From the IMG/VR virus record IMGVR_UViG_3300049211_000012, positions 1 through 29,364 of that record: a stretch of DNA of 29,364 bases; one strand, given 5' to 3'. The translations under genes were made by a program, and so were the position numbers. The notes beneath the pieces were generated by a model that searched no databases, was not told where the DNA came from, and saw only the letters and a list, made by a program, of their open reading frames with translations. The stretch's first letter is position 1; the number at the start of each line of letters is the position of its first letter. This document shows, piece after piece, positions 7,150 through 16,596 of this stretch. Origin of the DNA: a virus. Its lineage: Duplodnaviria > Caudoviricetes.

Positions 7150-10100
7150 CAGGCGGCCTCGGTCTTGAGGGTAACGGCGCCAGATTGCGCGGCCTTCAGC
7201 ACCGAGGCCGCGTCGCGGGTTTCCTTCACCGTCTGGCCGGTGTTCGCCACGAGGGTGCGTAGGAGTGCGTTCTGTTCGGCCAGGAGGGCGTTCTGGCGCT
7301 CCGTGGCCGCGTTGTCCCCGCCCCCGCCGATCATCCGCGCCGTGTCCTGGGCGTTCCAGATGCGCGAGGGGCCGGTGGCTTCGAGCTCGGGCCCGTCCTC
7401 GCCGACCAGCCGCAGGCCGCCGGAGTGCATCCCGCCGCCGGCGAAGCCTTGCGGGCGGCCTAAGAGGCTCAGCAGTCCGCTATCGCCGAGGCTGTCATAC
7501 CAGGCCTGATCGGCGGCGGCCGTGGGCGATGGAGCTCCGCCGAGCTGCAGCAGCCCATTCGCATCGGTCGGGAACTGCGCCGCACGCTGGAGCGCCTGAG
7601 CCTGCAACAGCGCCTTGATCGCATCCTCGATGCGCAACGCCGTCTTGTTGAGGATCCCGAACTGCTCGACGCTCTTGTCGAGGGCGTCGAGTTGCAGCTT
7701 GGCGACGTCGATCTGCGATTCCGCGGCTTTCAGCGCGTCCTCGGTCACCCGGCGGATGCGGGCGTTCTCCTTGGCCGCGGTGAGCGCATCGGGCGCCGTC
7801 TTGGCGATGCTGTCCCGGTAGGCGCTGGCGACGGACGTGAAGGCCTGCAGCGAGGCCTTGTCGCCTTGCGAGGCCAGGGCGCCGACGCGATCGAACTCCT
7901 TGCGCAGGCCAGATGGGGACAGGGCGTCCAGCTTCGAGGCGTCGTTGAACTGGCGCAAGTTGTCCGCCAGGCTCTCGAACTCGCTGATCGTCTGCCGGAT
8001 CGGCGCGGCGGCGGCTTCGTAGGCGTCGCGCAGGTCGCTGAGCGCGTCGTTCACGCCGCCCTGGCGGATCTGCAGCAGCAGCTCATTGCCGCGCGTGGCG
8101 GCCTCGACGCTGTCGCTGTAGCGTTTCATCACCTCGTCGAGCTGCAGGCCGCGGAGCTTTTCGAGGTCGACGTTCAGCCCGGCGAGTTGTTCGCTGGTCA
8201 GGTAGCCCGCGTCGGCGGCTTCCTGGAACGCCTTGGCCTGCGCATCGGCGGCGCGGTTGACCTGCAGGGTGTCGTAGTCCTGCGGCTTGGACAGGCGGAG
8301 GATTTCGTCTTGGAGCGACTGTCCGAACGTCTGCGCCTGCGCATAACCTTGCAGGGCGGCCGAGATGTCGTCGAAGCCTTTGCCGGCCGCGCGCATGTCT
8401 TCGACCAGTTTCTTCTGGGTGTCAGAAACGTAGGTCGCCCCGTCGAGCATGGCGCCCAGCGCGGCGTTCACCGCAGCGGTCGGGTCGCCAACCGCCGACG
8501 TGATGGTCTTGCCGCCCGTGGTGTAGATCTGGCTCTGGTCGCGCGAGCCGATCACCAGGCCGCGGATCGTGTCGCCCGCAGCAATGCCCGCAGCCTTCAG
8601 CGACGCCTCGATGTCCTTGATCGTGTCGCCGGCCGTCTTGGCCGCCTGCTCGGTCTCGCTGTCCCGACGGTCGCCGCTGAACTGGCCGCTGACCAGGTCG
8701 TAGCCGGCGCCCTTGTTGCTGGGCTTGCCGCTCAAGAGCTTGCCGAGGACGCCGAATTCGGAGCCGAAGATGGACTTGGACAGGGCCGCCAAGCCCGCAA
8801 ACTCGCCGAGCGACGAAGATGCGGAACCGAGGAATTTGCCGAGACCGCTTCCCGCCCCCAGGAGCCCGGAAATCTCCTTGAACGAGTCGGACAGGCCGCT
8901 CAGCGCTCCGGCGAAATCGTCCGCCTTGAACGCCCTCGACATGCTGGTGATGGCGCTGGCGAGGTCATTGTAGGCGTCGGCGACGCTCGCAGAGCGCTTG
9001 GCGATCTCCAGATCGGCGGCGTGCGTCGCCTTCATGGCGGCCAGTTGGGCCTCAAGGATCTGGACCTGTTCATCCGAGAGCTGCAGCTGTACTTGCTTGT
9101 TCAACTGTTGCTGGATGGCATCTTCGGCCAGATCCTGCTCGGCCTTCAGCGTTTTGGTGCCGGCGACGGCGCGTGCGTAGTCGCTACGTAGGAGCGAGTC
9201 CTGAGCTTTCGCGATATCGATCTGCGATTGCTGCTGGGCTTGGCGAACGTCCAGTTCCTGCTGCGCAGCGTCATGCATTTCGCGGTTATTCACCGCAATT
9301 TCCTGCACGATGGCCGTCAGGCCGACTTGGGCCTTCAATTGGCCGAGGTCGGCGAGCAGTTCCTTGCCCTTGATTTCTCCGATCTGCTTGCGGGTGATCT
9401 GGTCCTTCAGCGTCGCGATCTGACCGTCGTATTGGGCCTGCTTGGCAGCCGTTTCGAAGCCAAGGATCTGACGCTCGATGGCGGCCCGCTGATGGATGTC
9501 CTGCGTGACAGCCAAGATCGCCTGCAAGTGATCGCGTTGCGCCTGGGCGATCTCTTGGGCCAATCGCGCGGACTGCTCGTCGGATAGATCGCGCGGATCG
9601 CCCGGTCCTTTCGGTCCCTTCGGCGTCTTGTTCGGGTCCTTCGCCTGCTTATTCACATCCTCAAGAAAGTTCTTCGTCGCCTGCTTGCTTACGTCACGGC
9701 TGAACTGACCCAGCGCGTCGACCGTCCCATCCCGGCCCTTCAGGAAGCCGCGCTCAACCGCGCCGCCGACGTTATTGGCTGCGTTACTCGCAGCGCCAGC
9801 GTTGGGGTTGTTGATCCGGCCCAGGGTGACAGCTTTGATGTCCTTGACTGAGCCGGCCAACTGCTGCGCGGCAGGGCCAAGTAGTCCGATCTGGGCCGCT
9901 GTCCGGGCGGCGCCGATCAGCCCGTTAATCGCGGCGATGGTCTTGTTGACCATGTACTCGATGCCGATGATGACCGCGTTGGCGGTCGAGGTCATGATGT
10001 CGCCCATGACGGCCGGAAGGCTCTTCCAGATCGTCTTGATGCCCTCGTAGGCGCCGGTGAAGGCGCCCACAACAACCGCGACCTCGCGGATGGAGTTGGA

Positions 10101-11582
10101 AGCGAAGTCATCTAGCCAGGCGTTCACGTCCTTCCGCAACGCCTTCAGCGCGTCGCCCATCGGGCTTTCCATGATGTAGCGGCCAAGCACCTGGAAGGTC
10201 GCCTTCACGGTGTCGCCGAAGCCGATGGTCTGGTCCTTGACGCGCTTGAGCTGCTCCTCGGTGAGTTTTAGGCCCGCAACGAGGGCCTTTTCGTCGATGC
10301 CCTTGCTCACCTCGCGGTGGAACAGCGCCATCGCCGCAGCGGCGGCTCCAGCGACGATCAGGAACGGCGCCATCGCAGCGACAGCGGGCGCCAATGTCGC
10401 GGCCATGCCGGCAAGCGCTCCGCGCAGGCCGCCCGCCGACGCCGCCATCATGCCGAACACGCCGGCGATCTGGCTGCCCTGCTGGATCGCCACCAGCCAT
10501 AGCGCCTGGCCCGAGGCGAGGCTCACGCCGATGTCGGCGAACTGCGAGCCGAGGTTGCCGATCGCGAAGCCGTAGCCCTTCGCGCTCTTCGCTCCCCGGG
10601 TGTGGATCGCGTCCATGTCGTTCAGACCGCGGGCCGCGGCGGCGCTTCGCTGATCCAACCGGGCGACGGCGCTGGCGTAATCCGAGGCCGAGATCGCGCC
10701 CAGCTTGTAGAGGGCGGTGGCCTCCTGCATCTCGGCATTGAGCCGCTTCTGAGCGGCGTAGGTCGGATCTATCGAGCTCTTCAGAGCGTCGACCCGACTC
10801 TCAAGGGTAGCGACCGCAGCGGCTTGCTCCCGCGCAGCGGCGGTCGCCGCTGCGGACGCAATCTTGGCTGCGCCAGCTTCCTCCGCGGCCCTTTGCTGAG
10901 CCATGCGCATGCGGAACGCGAGTAGTTGTTGCCCAGACCGCTCGGCGTCGCGATCGGCGGCGGCTTGGGCGACGGCGGCGATCTTCGTGGCGGCGGCTTC
11001 CTCCGCAGATCGCTGGTTCGCCATGCGGACGCGGAATTGCAGGAGCTGCTGCGCGCTGCGCTCCACTTCGCGGTCTGCGGCGTTCTGCGCGGCAATGGCG
11101 ACTTTCGCAGCCGCGCTTTCCTCTGCGGCCCGCTGCTTGGCCATGCGCACCCGGAATGTGAACGCCTGCTGAGCACTGCGCTCGGATTCCCGATCCGCCG
11201 CCACCTGAGCGGCAAGGGCCGACTTCGCCGCAGCCGCGACGTCACGCTCGTAGGCCTTGGTCGCGGTGACCAATTCCCGCATCGCGGCGGCCTCAAGCAT
11301 CCGCTGATCGCGGAGGGCCTTCGATGCGGCCGTCATCGCTCGTGTCGAGCGTTCAGCTGTGCCTTGAGCGGTGGTGAGTTGAACCGTCCCAACGGCCGCT
11401 TGGCGCGTGGCGTCGGCGATCGTCGTGTAACCCTGTCGTGCGGCGGCTGTGGACGTGGCCCGGCGGCGGTCTGCGGCCTCGCTGCGGCCAACCGCTGCGG
11501 TGAGGCTGTCGAAGGCCTTCTCCGCAGACGTGAGTTGTGTTGCGTCGGCCTTGTAGACCAGGGAGACAATGTCGACCGACAT
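7149..11582 (-). CDS. Tail tape measure protein (1477 aa)
   Basis: Ala-rich helical; NLGSQFADIGVSLASGQ..AIQQGSQ motif; C-terminal GFAGGG..LVGEDGPEL; follows tail chaperones; GGGAGG RBS. Confidence 0.95.
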   Translation of the reverse strand: MSVDIVSLVYKADATQLTSAEKAFDSLTAAVGRSEAADRRRATSTAAARQGYTTIADATRQAAVGTVQLTTAQGTAERSTRAMTAASKALRDQRMLEAAAMRELVTATKAYERDVAAAAKSALAAQVAADRESERSAQQAFTFRVRMAKQRAAEESAAAKVAIAAQNAADREVERSAQQLLQFRVRMANQRSAEEAAATKIAAVAQAAADRDAERSGQQLLAFRMRMAQQRAAEEAGAAKIASAAATAAAREQAAAVATLESRVDALKSSIDPTYAAQKRLNAEMQEATALYKLGAISASDYASAVARLDQRSAAAARGLNDMDAIHTRGAKSAKGYGFAIGNLGSQFADIGVSLASGQALWLVAIQQGSQIAGVFGMMAASAGGLRGALAGMAATLAPAVAAMAPFLIVAGAAAAAMALFHREVSKGIDEKALVAGLKLTEEQLKRVKDQTIGFGDTVKATFQVLGRYIMESPMGDALKALRKDVNAWLDDFASNSIREVAVVVGAFTGAYEGIKTIWKSLPAVMGDIMTSTANAVIIGIEYMVNKTIAAINGLIGAARTAAQIGLLGPAAQQLAGSVKDIKAVTLGRINNPNAGAASNAANNVGGAVERGFLKGRDGTVDALGQFSRDVSKQATKNFLEDVNKQAKDPNKTPKGPKGPGDPRDLSDEQSARLAQEIAQAQRDHLQAILAVTQDIHQRAAIERQILGFETAAKQAQYDGQIATLKDQITRKQIGEIKGKELLADLGQLKAQVGLTAIVQEIAVNNREMHDAAQQELDVRQAQQQSQIDIAKAQDSLLRSDYARAVAGTKTLKAEQDLAEDAIQQQLNKQVQLQLSDEQVQILEAQLAAMKATHAADLEIAKRSASVADAYNDLASAITSMSRAFKADDFAGALSGLSDSFKEISGLLGAGSGLGKFLGSASSSLGEFAGLAALSKSIFGSEFGVLGKLLSGKPSNKGAGYDLVSGQFSGDRRDSETEQAAKTAGDTIKDIEASLKAAGIAAGDTIRGLVIGSRDQSQIYTTGGKTITSAVGDPTAAVNAALGAMLDGATYVSDTQKKLVEDMRAAGKGFDDISAALQGYAQAQTFGQSLQDEILRLSKPQDYDTLQVNRAADAQAKAFQEAADAGYLTSEQLAGLNVDLEKLRGLQLDEVMKRYSDSVEAATRGNELLLQIRQGGVNDALSDLRDAYEAAAAPIRQTISEFESLADNLRQFNDASKLDALSPSGLRKEFDRVGALASQGDKASLQAFTSVASAYRDSIAKTAPDALTAAKENARIRRVTEDALKAAESQIDVAKLQLDALDKSVEQFGILNKTALRIEDAIKALLQAQALQRAAQFPTDANGLLQLGGAPSPTAAADQAWYDSLGDSGLLSLLGRPQGFAGGGMHSGGLRLVGEDGPELEATGPSRIWNAQDTARMIGGGGDNAATERQNALLAEQNALLRTLVANTGQTVKETRDAASVLKAAQSGAVTLKTEAA
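10851..11210 (-). repeat. Three 120-bp (40-aa) tandem repeats in the tape measure N-terminus
   Basis: AQ.AADR..ERS.QQ...FR.RMA.QR.AEE three times; ccatgcg at 10901, 11021 and 11141. Confidence 0.9.
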
Positions 11583-11637
11583 GCGCGCCTCCCCTGTTTG
11601 AACCTGCTATGGTGCGCACCGGTCCGAAGGACGGCGC

Positions 11638-11898
11638 ATGGACGAAGACTTGACGGAAATTGAAGAGGCGTTCGCGACCACGCTGGCGCACACGACGATG
11701 ATCACGGCGCTGTTTTCGCTCCTTCAGGAGAAGGGCGTGCTCTCGCAGAACGACATCAATTCACTGATGGACACCGCCATCACCGGCGCGGAGAACGCGA
11801 TCCAGAACGGCGCCAGCCCGCGGCTGATGAACCGCACCCGGCAGATCTTGGAACAATCGGCCCGGAACCTGGGCGGGCCGCGTCGGCGGCGAAGTTAG
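11638..11898 (+). CDS. 86-aa hypothetical moron on the opposite strand
   Basis: AAGGA RBS; natural amphipathic helical sequence; fills the gap; stop overlaps the convergent gene by 4 bp. Confidence 0.7.
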   Translation: MDEDLTEIEEAFATTLAHTTMITALFSLLQEKGVLSQNDINSLMDTAITGAENAIQNGASPRLMNRTRQILEQSARNLGGPRRRRS

Positions 11899-12452
11899 AA
11901 GTTCACCGTCGGCTTTGGATTGGCCCGATCTTCCCGGTGTCGGTGGGTCACAAAGAGGAATTCGCCGTTGAGGGGGTCGTTCAACGAACGCTCCATCAGG
12001 ATCAGGTCACCTTCCGCAAAGCACCAGGTCGCCATCTCGGACGGGAAGGTCGCGCCGTAACCGTTTTGAAGTTGCGCCGTCGCCGTTCTGCATGGCTTCC
12101 CGTAGCGCTGCTCAAAGGCGACGCGGACCGTCGGAACGTCAGACCGGAACATCTCCCAAGAGAACTGCGTCAACCCACCGTCGTCGAATTTTAACGAGGA
12201 CCGCCTGGATTTCACCCCGGCGACACCCCCCTCCTTCAGCTTGTCGCTCAAGCCGCACCACGTCTCCGCGCCCCGCTCCTGATCGATTGCACTGCAGGCC
12301 GACACAAGGCCGGCCGCTTGCGCGTCGTTCAGGGACATGGCCGCGGTGAGAGCTTTGAACTGGAAAGGGGCCAAGGGGGCAGACTCTGCAGCCGCGACGC
12401 TGACCGCCGCCGCCGCAACCACAAGTCCCGTCACGATACCGATCACCCGCAT
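11895..12452 (-). CDS. Exported 185-aa moron protein
   Basis: Start placed at ATG 12452 (GGAGG RBS); signal peptide MRVIGIVTGLVVAAAAVSVAAA; four Cys. Confidence 0.7.
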   Translation of the reverse strand: MRVIGIVTGLVVAAAAVSVAAAESAPLAPFQFKALTAAMSLNDAQAAGLVSACSAIDQERGAETWCGLSDKLKEGGVAGVKSRRSSLKFDDGGLTQFSWEMFRSDVPTVRVAFEQRYGKPCRTATAQLQNGYGATFPSEMATWCFAEGDLILMERSLNDPLNGEFLFVTHRHREDRANPKPTVNF

Positions 12453-12504
12453 ACGCACCCTCCACCCAAGGGCCCGCACGCTAAGCGCGAATGCTGGCGA
12501 TCGT

Positions 12505-12882
12505 CTAGCCCTTCGGCTTCGGTTGGTTCGCCAGGGCGGCCGCCACATAGGCCGCATCGACGTTCAGGATCGCTCGGCGCTCCCAGGGATCAAGCCTGAC
12601 GCCCTCGTCCGCTTCCCATTGGGCGATTTCCAGCCGGGAGATGCGCGATGGGCCGAAGCCGTTGTTCTGTCGGGTCCCGTCGAGGTCGATGAAGTAGCCC
12701 CAGAGGTAGGCTGCGGCGCGGGGCATGTCAGGGACGGCCGCCAGTTCCGCCTCGTAGGCCGGATGACCCTGCCTAGCGCCCAGTTCCACGTGCTGGCGGC
12801 GCGTCCTGCCGTCCTCCATGACCCTGTTCAGGTCGAAGTGAACCTTGGCGTAGTTCAGGAGGTCTTCAGCAACCCCTGCATA
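12505..12882 (-). CDS. Tail assembly chaperone, C-terminal (gpT-like) frame reached by -1 frameshift
   Basis: YLWGYF..L...R.NGFGP..I...EI..W...L.PWE...I..VD motif; frame is open back to the slippery site. Confidence 0.85.
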   Translation of the reverse strand, partial: YAGVAEDLLNYAKVHFDLNRVMEDGRTRRQHVELGARQGHPAYEAELAAVPDMPRAAAYLWGYFIDLDGTRQNNGFGPSRISRLEIAQWEADEGVRLDPWERRAILNVDAAYVAAALANQPKPKG

Positions 12883-13289
12883 AAATTTGCCATGTTGTCG
12901 GAGTTGGTGACCACCTGCGTGCGCACGTCGGCGTTGTTGCTGCAGAGTTCCAACGCCAGATCCGCCGAGAACGTCTCGGTGATGCCCGTCCAGCCCACCA
13001 GGCGAAGCGCGGCGCTCCGGTTCGAATAGTCGATGTCCTCCTCAAAGGGCTGGAACACCGGCTCTTCCTTACGGCCGCCCGTCTTCGCCTTCATCTCGGC
13101 GACCGCGGCCCGCTTGCGCTGGCCGTTGACGAGTTCGGTCAGGGCGCTGGTGAGGCGCTTGGCCTGGCCGCCGATGACCAAGAAGGTGATGCCGGTCTCT
13201 TCGCCATCAAGCAGAAATGGGAACCCGAACTCGGCCTCGGACGCCTTCACGGCGTTGAGCTGCGACAGGGAGATGGTGGTCTTAGTCAT
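12855..13289 (-). CDS. Tail assembly chaperone (gpG-like)
   Basis: Lies between tail tube and TMP; LVGW.G motif; ends ...MANF at the slippery heptamer. Confidence 0.9.
   Translation of the reverse strand: MTKTTISLSQLNAVKASEAEFGFPFLLDGEETGITFLVIGGQAKRLTSALTELVNGQRKRAAVAEMKAKTGGRKEEPVFQPFEEDIDYSNRSAALRLVGWTGITETFSADLALELCSNNADVRTQVVTNSDNMANFMQGLLKTS
12882..12888 (-). other. Programmed -1 ribosomal frameshift site A AAT TTT
   Basis: X XXY YYZ heptamer in correct phase; -1 frame reads YAGVAEDLLNYAKVHFDLNRVMEDG into the downstream ORF. Confidence 0.85.
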
Positions 13290-13376
13290 GTGGAGTCCGC
13301 TTTCAAAAAGCGGCGCCGGAGATCAACCCGGGCCGTAAAGTTGGGGAGGAACGGTTTATCGTTGTGCGCTCGCGAC

Positions 13377-14594
13377 TTAGGCGGCGAGGCTGTCCTGCAT
13401 GGAGATGATCGCCTTCTCTGTCGCGATGCCGGAACCGCCGGTCGCCGGGATCTGCGCCGTGAACGGATAGGTGCGCTCAATCTCGACTTCGCCGTCGTTG
13501 GGCGCGTCGCCGAACACCTTGGCGGCGTTGATGACGAAGCTGACGAACTCGGCGGTCCCAGTAGTGTTGTCGGTCAGGACGATGATCACCGAGAACAGCG
13601 TCTGGGCGTCGTAAAGATCCTGGACCGCCGTGCCGCTGAACTTGGCAGTGAACGAGCCGCTGACCTTGATCTTCTTCTGGATGAGATCGGAGATCGTGTT
13701 CGATCCGGCCTCGGGCTTTCCGGGCTCGATGCCGCCGTCGATGGTGAGCTGGAACCCCGTGACGGGAGTGACGACGCCGTTGACGACAATGGCGGCGGTG
13801 GCCGCGGCGACCACGTTGCTGGTGGATTCGGCCGTGGGCGTGGTCAGAACCTGGGACGTGCCGCGGGTGCGTCCCAGTCCGGCGGTGCTGAATTCGACCC
13901 CGATGTTGCCGGTGGCGTCGATGTTGAGCGCCGCGCTGCCGATCTTCTCATCGGTCCACAGCTCGGATTTGGTGATGTCCGAATACCACTCCTCGAACGT
14001 GATATAGCCGTTCGTGTGGGCGGTGATGGGCGTCCAGATCTTCTTGCCCGGGAACGTCAGGGTGGAGCCGCTGATCGGCCCCTCGGCGGTCAGGGCGACG
14101 CCATTGACGGCGCGCACGAGAAGCACGGTGGCCGAATTGACGGCCAGGACCACGATGTTGTTGTTCAGGTTGCCGGCGGTGAACGAGCCGGCGGTGAACC
14201 GAAACACGTCGCCCGCCTTCACGCCGCCGGTCAGGAAGTCGCCAGCGGCCCTGGTGACGGTGAAGTTGACCCCGGAAGCGGCGATGGTGATGCCAGCGCC
14301 GGTGATGGCCGCCGTTGCGGCTGCAACCTTGCGCAGCAGGTTCTCGAACAGACCTTGGTAGGTGCCGGCGGACAGCAGGTCGGAGAGCTTACCGGTCGCC
14401 TTGCGAGGGCCCAGCGTTGCGCCTGTCCCTTGTTGCGCCGAGGTGATCTCATCGTTCTCGTAGGTGTCGCCGTCGAAAGTGAACATAGCGGTGCGGCGGC
14501 GCAGCAGTTGCCCGCCGGAGCCGGCTGCGGGGGTGCCGAGGGCGGACTGCGCTTTGTAGGCAAGGGTCTTCTTAATGCCCTGAGCATTCGTCAT
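13377..14594 (-). CDS. Major tail tube protein
   Basis: 405 aa, beta-rich; position after terminator gene; strong GAAAGGAAA RBS; KIKVSGSFTAKF. Confidence 0.9.
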   Translation of the reverse strand: MTNAQGIKKTLAYKAQSALGTPAAGSGGQLLRRRTAMFTFDGDTYENDEITSAQQGTGATLGPRKATGKLSDLLSAGTYQGLFENLLRKVAAATAAITGAGITIAASGVNFTVTRAAGDFLTGGVKAGDVFRFTAGSFTAGNLNNNIVVLAVNSATVLLVRAVNGVALTAEGPISGSTLTFPGKKIWTPITAHTNGYITFEEWYSDITKSELWTDEKIGSAALNIDATGNIGVEFSTAGLGRTRGTSQVLTTPTAESTSNVVAAATAAIVVNGVVTPVTGFQLTIDGGIEPGKPEAGSNTISDLIQKKIKVSGSFTAKFSGTAVQDLYDAQTLFSVIIVLTDNTTGTAEFVSFVINAAKVFGDAPNDGEVEIERTYPFTAQIPATGGSGIATEKAIISMQDSLAA

Positions 14595-14672
14595 GGCGGT
14601 TTCCTTTCAGGCAGGACGAAGGGCCCGAACGACAGGGCGTCGGGTTGGTGAGGATCTTCGGATGGGCGGCGG

Positions 14673-15080
14673 TCAGCCGGTCAGCTGGGCCTGGTATCGA
14701 ATGCGCACCGGCACGACCCATCTGTCGTCGGGATCGGTGAAGCCGGCCCCGATGTGCGGGGTGCGCGGAACGGTCGTGACGATGCCGCTATCGGTCATGT
14801 CGGTATTGCGCTTGAACCAGGCCTGCAGCGCGATCGCGCGCGCCATGGCGTTGGTGTCGCCGTCGAGGGGCGGGAAGATCAGGTTGACCTGCAAAACGCC
14901 ACGCTCGGAATAGTGCTGGCCGGTCTCCTGGTTCGCCGGTTCGGCCGGTATCAGGAACACCCGCTGATAGGCTTGGCCGGTCACGGGCTTGTAGGCCTCA
15001 TTGCCCCAGATTGTGACCAACGGACTGGCGATGGCGTCCAGTCTCGTCTTGAGCGCCGTTTTGACCGCAGCAAGGCTCAT
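14673..15080 (-). CDS. Tail terminator-like protein
   Basis: WGNE.Y.P, RGVLQVNL..P, F.R, VPVRIRY motifs; directly precedes tail tube. Confidence 0.8.
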   Translation of the reverse strand: MSLAAVKTALKTRLDAIASPLVTIWGNEAYKPVTGQAYQRVFLIPAEPANQETGQHYSERGVLQVNLIFPPLDGDTNAMARAIALQAWFKRNTDMTDSGIVTTVPRTPHIGAGFTDPDDRWVVPVRIRYQAQLTG

Positions 15081-15508
15081 TGCGCGGCCCTTCTCGCGGC
15101 ATCCTCAGAAATGTCAGGCGCCTCGATTTCGATGATCGGTAGGATACCCACCGGCGCCTGCGAGGAGTGGCCCCAGTTCAGGGCGTTGGCGTAGGGCAGC
15201 GAGTTCGCGTGGTAGAGCACCTTGCCCACCAGCTTCGGCGGCAAGGCCGACAGGCCGTTGACCTCTGTGATGTTGGTCGAAAGCGTCGTCGAGAAGTCGA
15301 TCTGATCGGCTGAGGCGTTCCAGTTCGAACGGAACGTGCCAGGGTGATAGTCGCGCGACGGCAAGCGCTGCCACAGTGCAGGATCGCCCACGGGCGACAG
15401 TTCGATCAATCGCTCGCCAACCTGCACGAAACCGCCTCGCACGGCCCGTTCGGTGCGATCCATGGCCTTCGCCTTGATCGCCTTCATCTGTTCGGCGGCG
15501 GACGGCAT
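15077..15508 (-). CDS. Neck / tail completion protein (HK97 gp10-like)
   Basis: SPVG.P..W, G.FRSNW, NSLPYA..L..GHS.QAP.G motifs. Confidence 0.8.
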   Translation of the reverse strand: MPSAAEQMKAIKAKAMDRTERAVRGGFVQVGERLIELSPVGDPALWQRLPSRDYHPGTFRSNWNASADQIDFSTTLSTNITEVNGLSALPPKLVGKVLYHANSLPYANALNWGHSSQAPVGILPIIEIEAPDISEDAARRAAQ

Positions 15509-15882
15509 CAGGCGGGGCGAAGCTGCAGTTGAAAAAGTATCGCCAATCCCGCCGGCGCCAGCAGATCACACCGCTTCACCCGCCAGATCGAGGCGTCGGC
15601 GAAGGTCAGCGTGGTCTCATCCACCACAGGCGCGGTCAGAGCCGTTGGCGGCGACATCAGCGTTCCGCTGGCGTTGAACTTCAGCGCCGAGAGCAGGAAC
15701 CGCTTGTCGCCGGACTTGATCAGGCTGCCGTCGATGGAGAACGCGGAATAGGCTTCCTCGACACCGGCGCCGTATTGGGTGGTCGCGCCCTTGGTCAGGG
15801 TGACCAGCTGGCCCTTCCCCCCGGCCGAGACGGGCGAGAGCATCCGGGCCGCTGTGGCGCGGGCGCGAACGTCGTAGTTCAT
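15508..15882 (-). CDS. Head closure / stopper protein
   Basis: Start placed at ATG 15882 (MNYD); IDGSLIKSGDKR and P....L.QLQLR motifs. Confidence 0.75.
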   Translation of the reverse strand: MNYDVRARATAARMLSPVSAGGKGQLVTLTKGATTQYGAGVEEAYSAFSIDGSLIKSGDKRFLLSALKFNASGTLMSPPTALTAPVVDETTLTFADASIWRVKRCDLLAPAGLAILFQLQLRPA

Positions 15883-15901
15883 CCCGCACCCCCGATAATT
15901 C

Positions 15902-15958
15902 CGTAGCATCTGCTACGATTTCGCTTGCATCATTCGCAGCGTTTGCTACGTTTAGCTC
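15902..15958 (+). promoter_or_regulatory. hicAB promoter with two palindromic operators
   Basis: TTGCAT (15925-30), 16 bp, TACGTT (15947-52); CGTAGCA-TC-TGCTACG at 15902-17 and CGCAGCG-TT-TGCTACG at 15935-50. Confidence 0.7.
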
Positions 15959-16165
15959 ATGAACGGCAAGCAATTCATCCGCCAAGCGCAGAAGTGGGCC
16001 AAGGCCCACGACGCGGAGACCCGTCTAGTGAAGTCCCGCGGCAAGGGCGGTCACCAGACCCTCTATGTCGGCAACCGCTGGACCACGGTGAAGACCGGCG
16101 AAATTGCTACCGGCCTGTTCAACGCGATGCTGAAGCAACTCGGCATCCCCAAAGAGGAGTTCTGA
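15959..16165 (+). CDS. hicA: HicA family toxin (mRNA interferase)
   Basis: 68 aa, basic, RGKGGH motif, ends MLKQLGI; precedes hicB. Confidence 0.92.
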   Translation: MNGKQFIRQAQKWAKAHDAETRLVKSRGKGGHQTLYVGNRWTTVKTGEIATGLFNAMLKQLGIPKEEF

Positions 16166-16167
16166 AG

Positions 16168-16596
16168 ATGCAAACCTGGGCGTATCCCGCGGTTGTCGTG
16201 GCCCATGGGCCAGATGACTTCGTCGTTACCTTTCCCGACGTTCCCGAGGCGATCACCGGGGGCGGCTCCCGCGCTGAGGCGCTTCTAAGCGCCGCCGACG
16301 CCCTGGAAGAGGCAATCCTCGGCTATATGGCCGATGGAGTGGCGATCCCCCTGCCCCGCGCCGCCCGCAAAGGCGAGGAACTTGTTGTTCTGGACCCCGT
16401 CACCGCAGCTCGCGCCGTGCTGGCTATCGCCATGAAGGCGGGGCGGGTTTCAAACACTGCCTTGGCGGCGAAGCTCGGCAAGAGCGAGGGGGCGATCCGC
16501 CGTCTTACTGACGGCGAGACCGGCGTTAAAATCGACACCGTTCTCCAGGCCCTGGCAGCCGTCGGAAAGCGCACCGCTCTGACCGAGGTCGCCTGA
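16168..16596 (+). CDS. hicB: HicB family antitoxin with C-terminal HTH
   Basis: Start at ATG 16168 (GAGGAG RBS); YP...FVVTFPDVPEAIT.G.S..EAL..A.DAL...IP.P; SNTALAAKLGKSEGAIRRL helix-turn-helix. Confidence 0.93.
   Translation: MQTWAYPAVVVAHGPDDFVVTFPDVPEAITGGGSRAEALLSAADALEEAILGYMADGVAIPLPRAARKGEELVVLDPVTAARAVLAIAMKAGRVSNTALAAKLGKSEGAIRRLTDGETGVKIDTVLQALAAVGKRTALTEVA

Noticed and set aside
15925-16167. N-terminal extension of the 223-aa HicB ORF
   Set aside because: Overlaps the promoter and hicA; HicB similarity and RBS start at 16168
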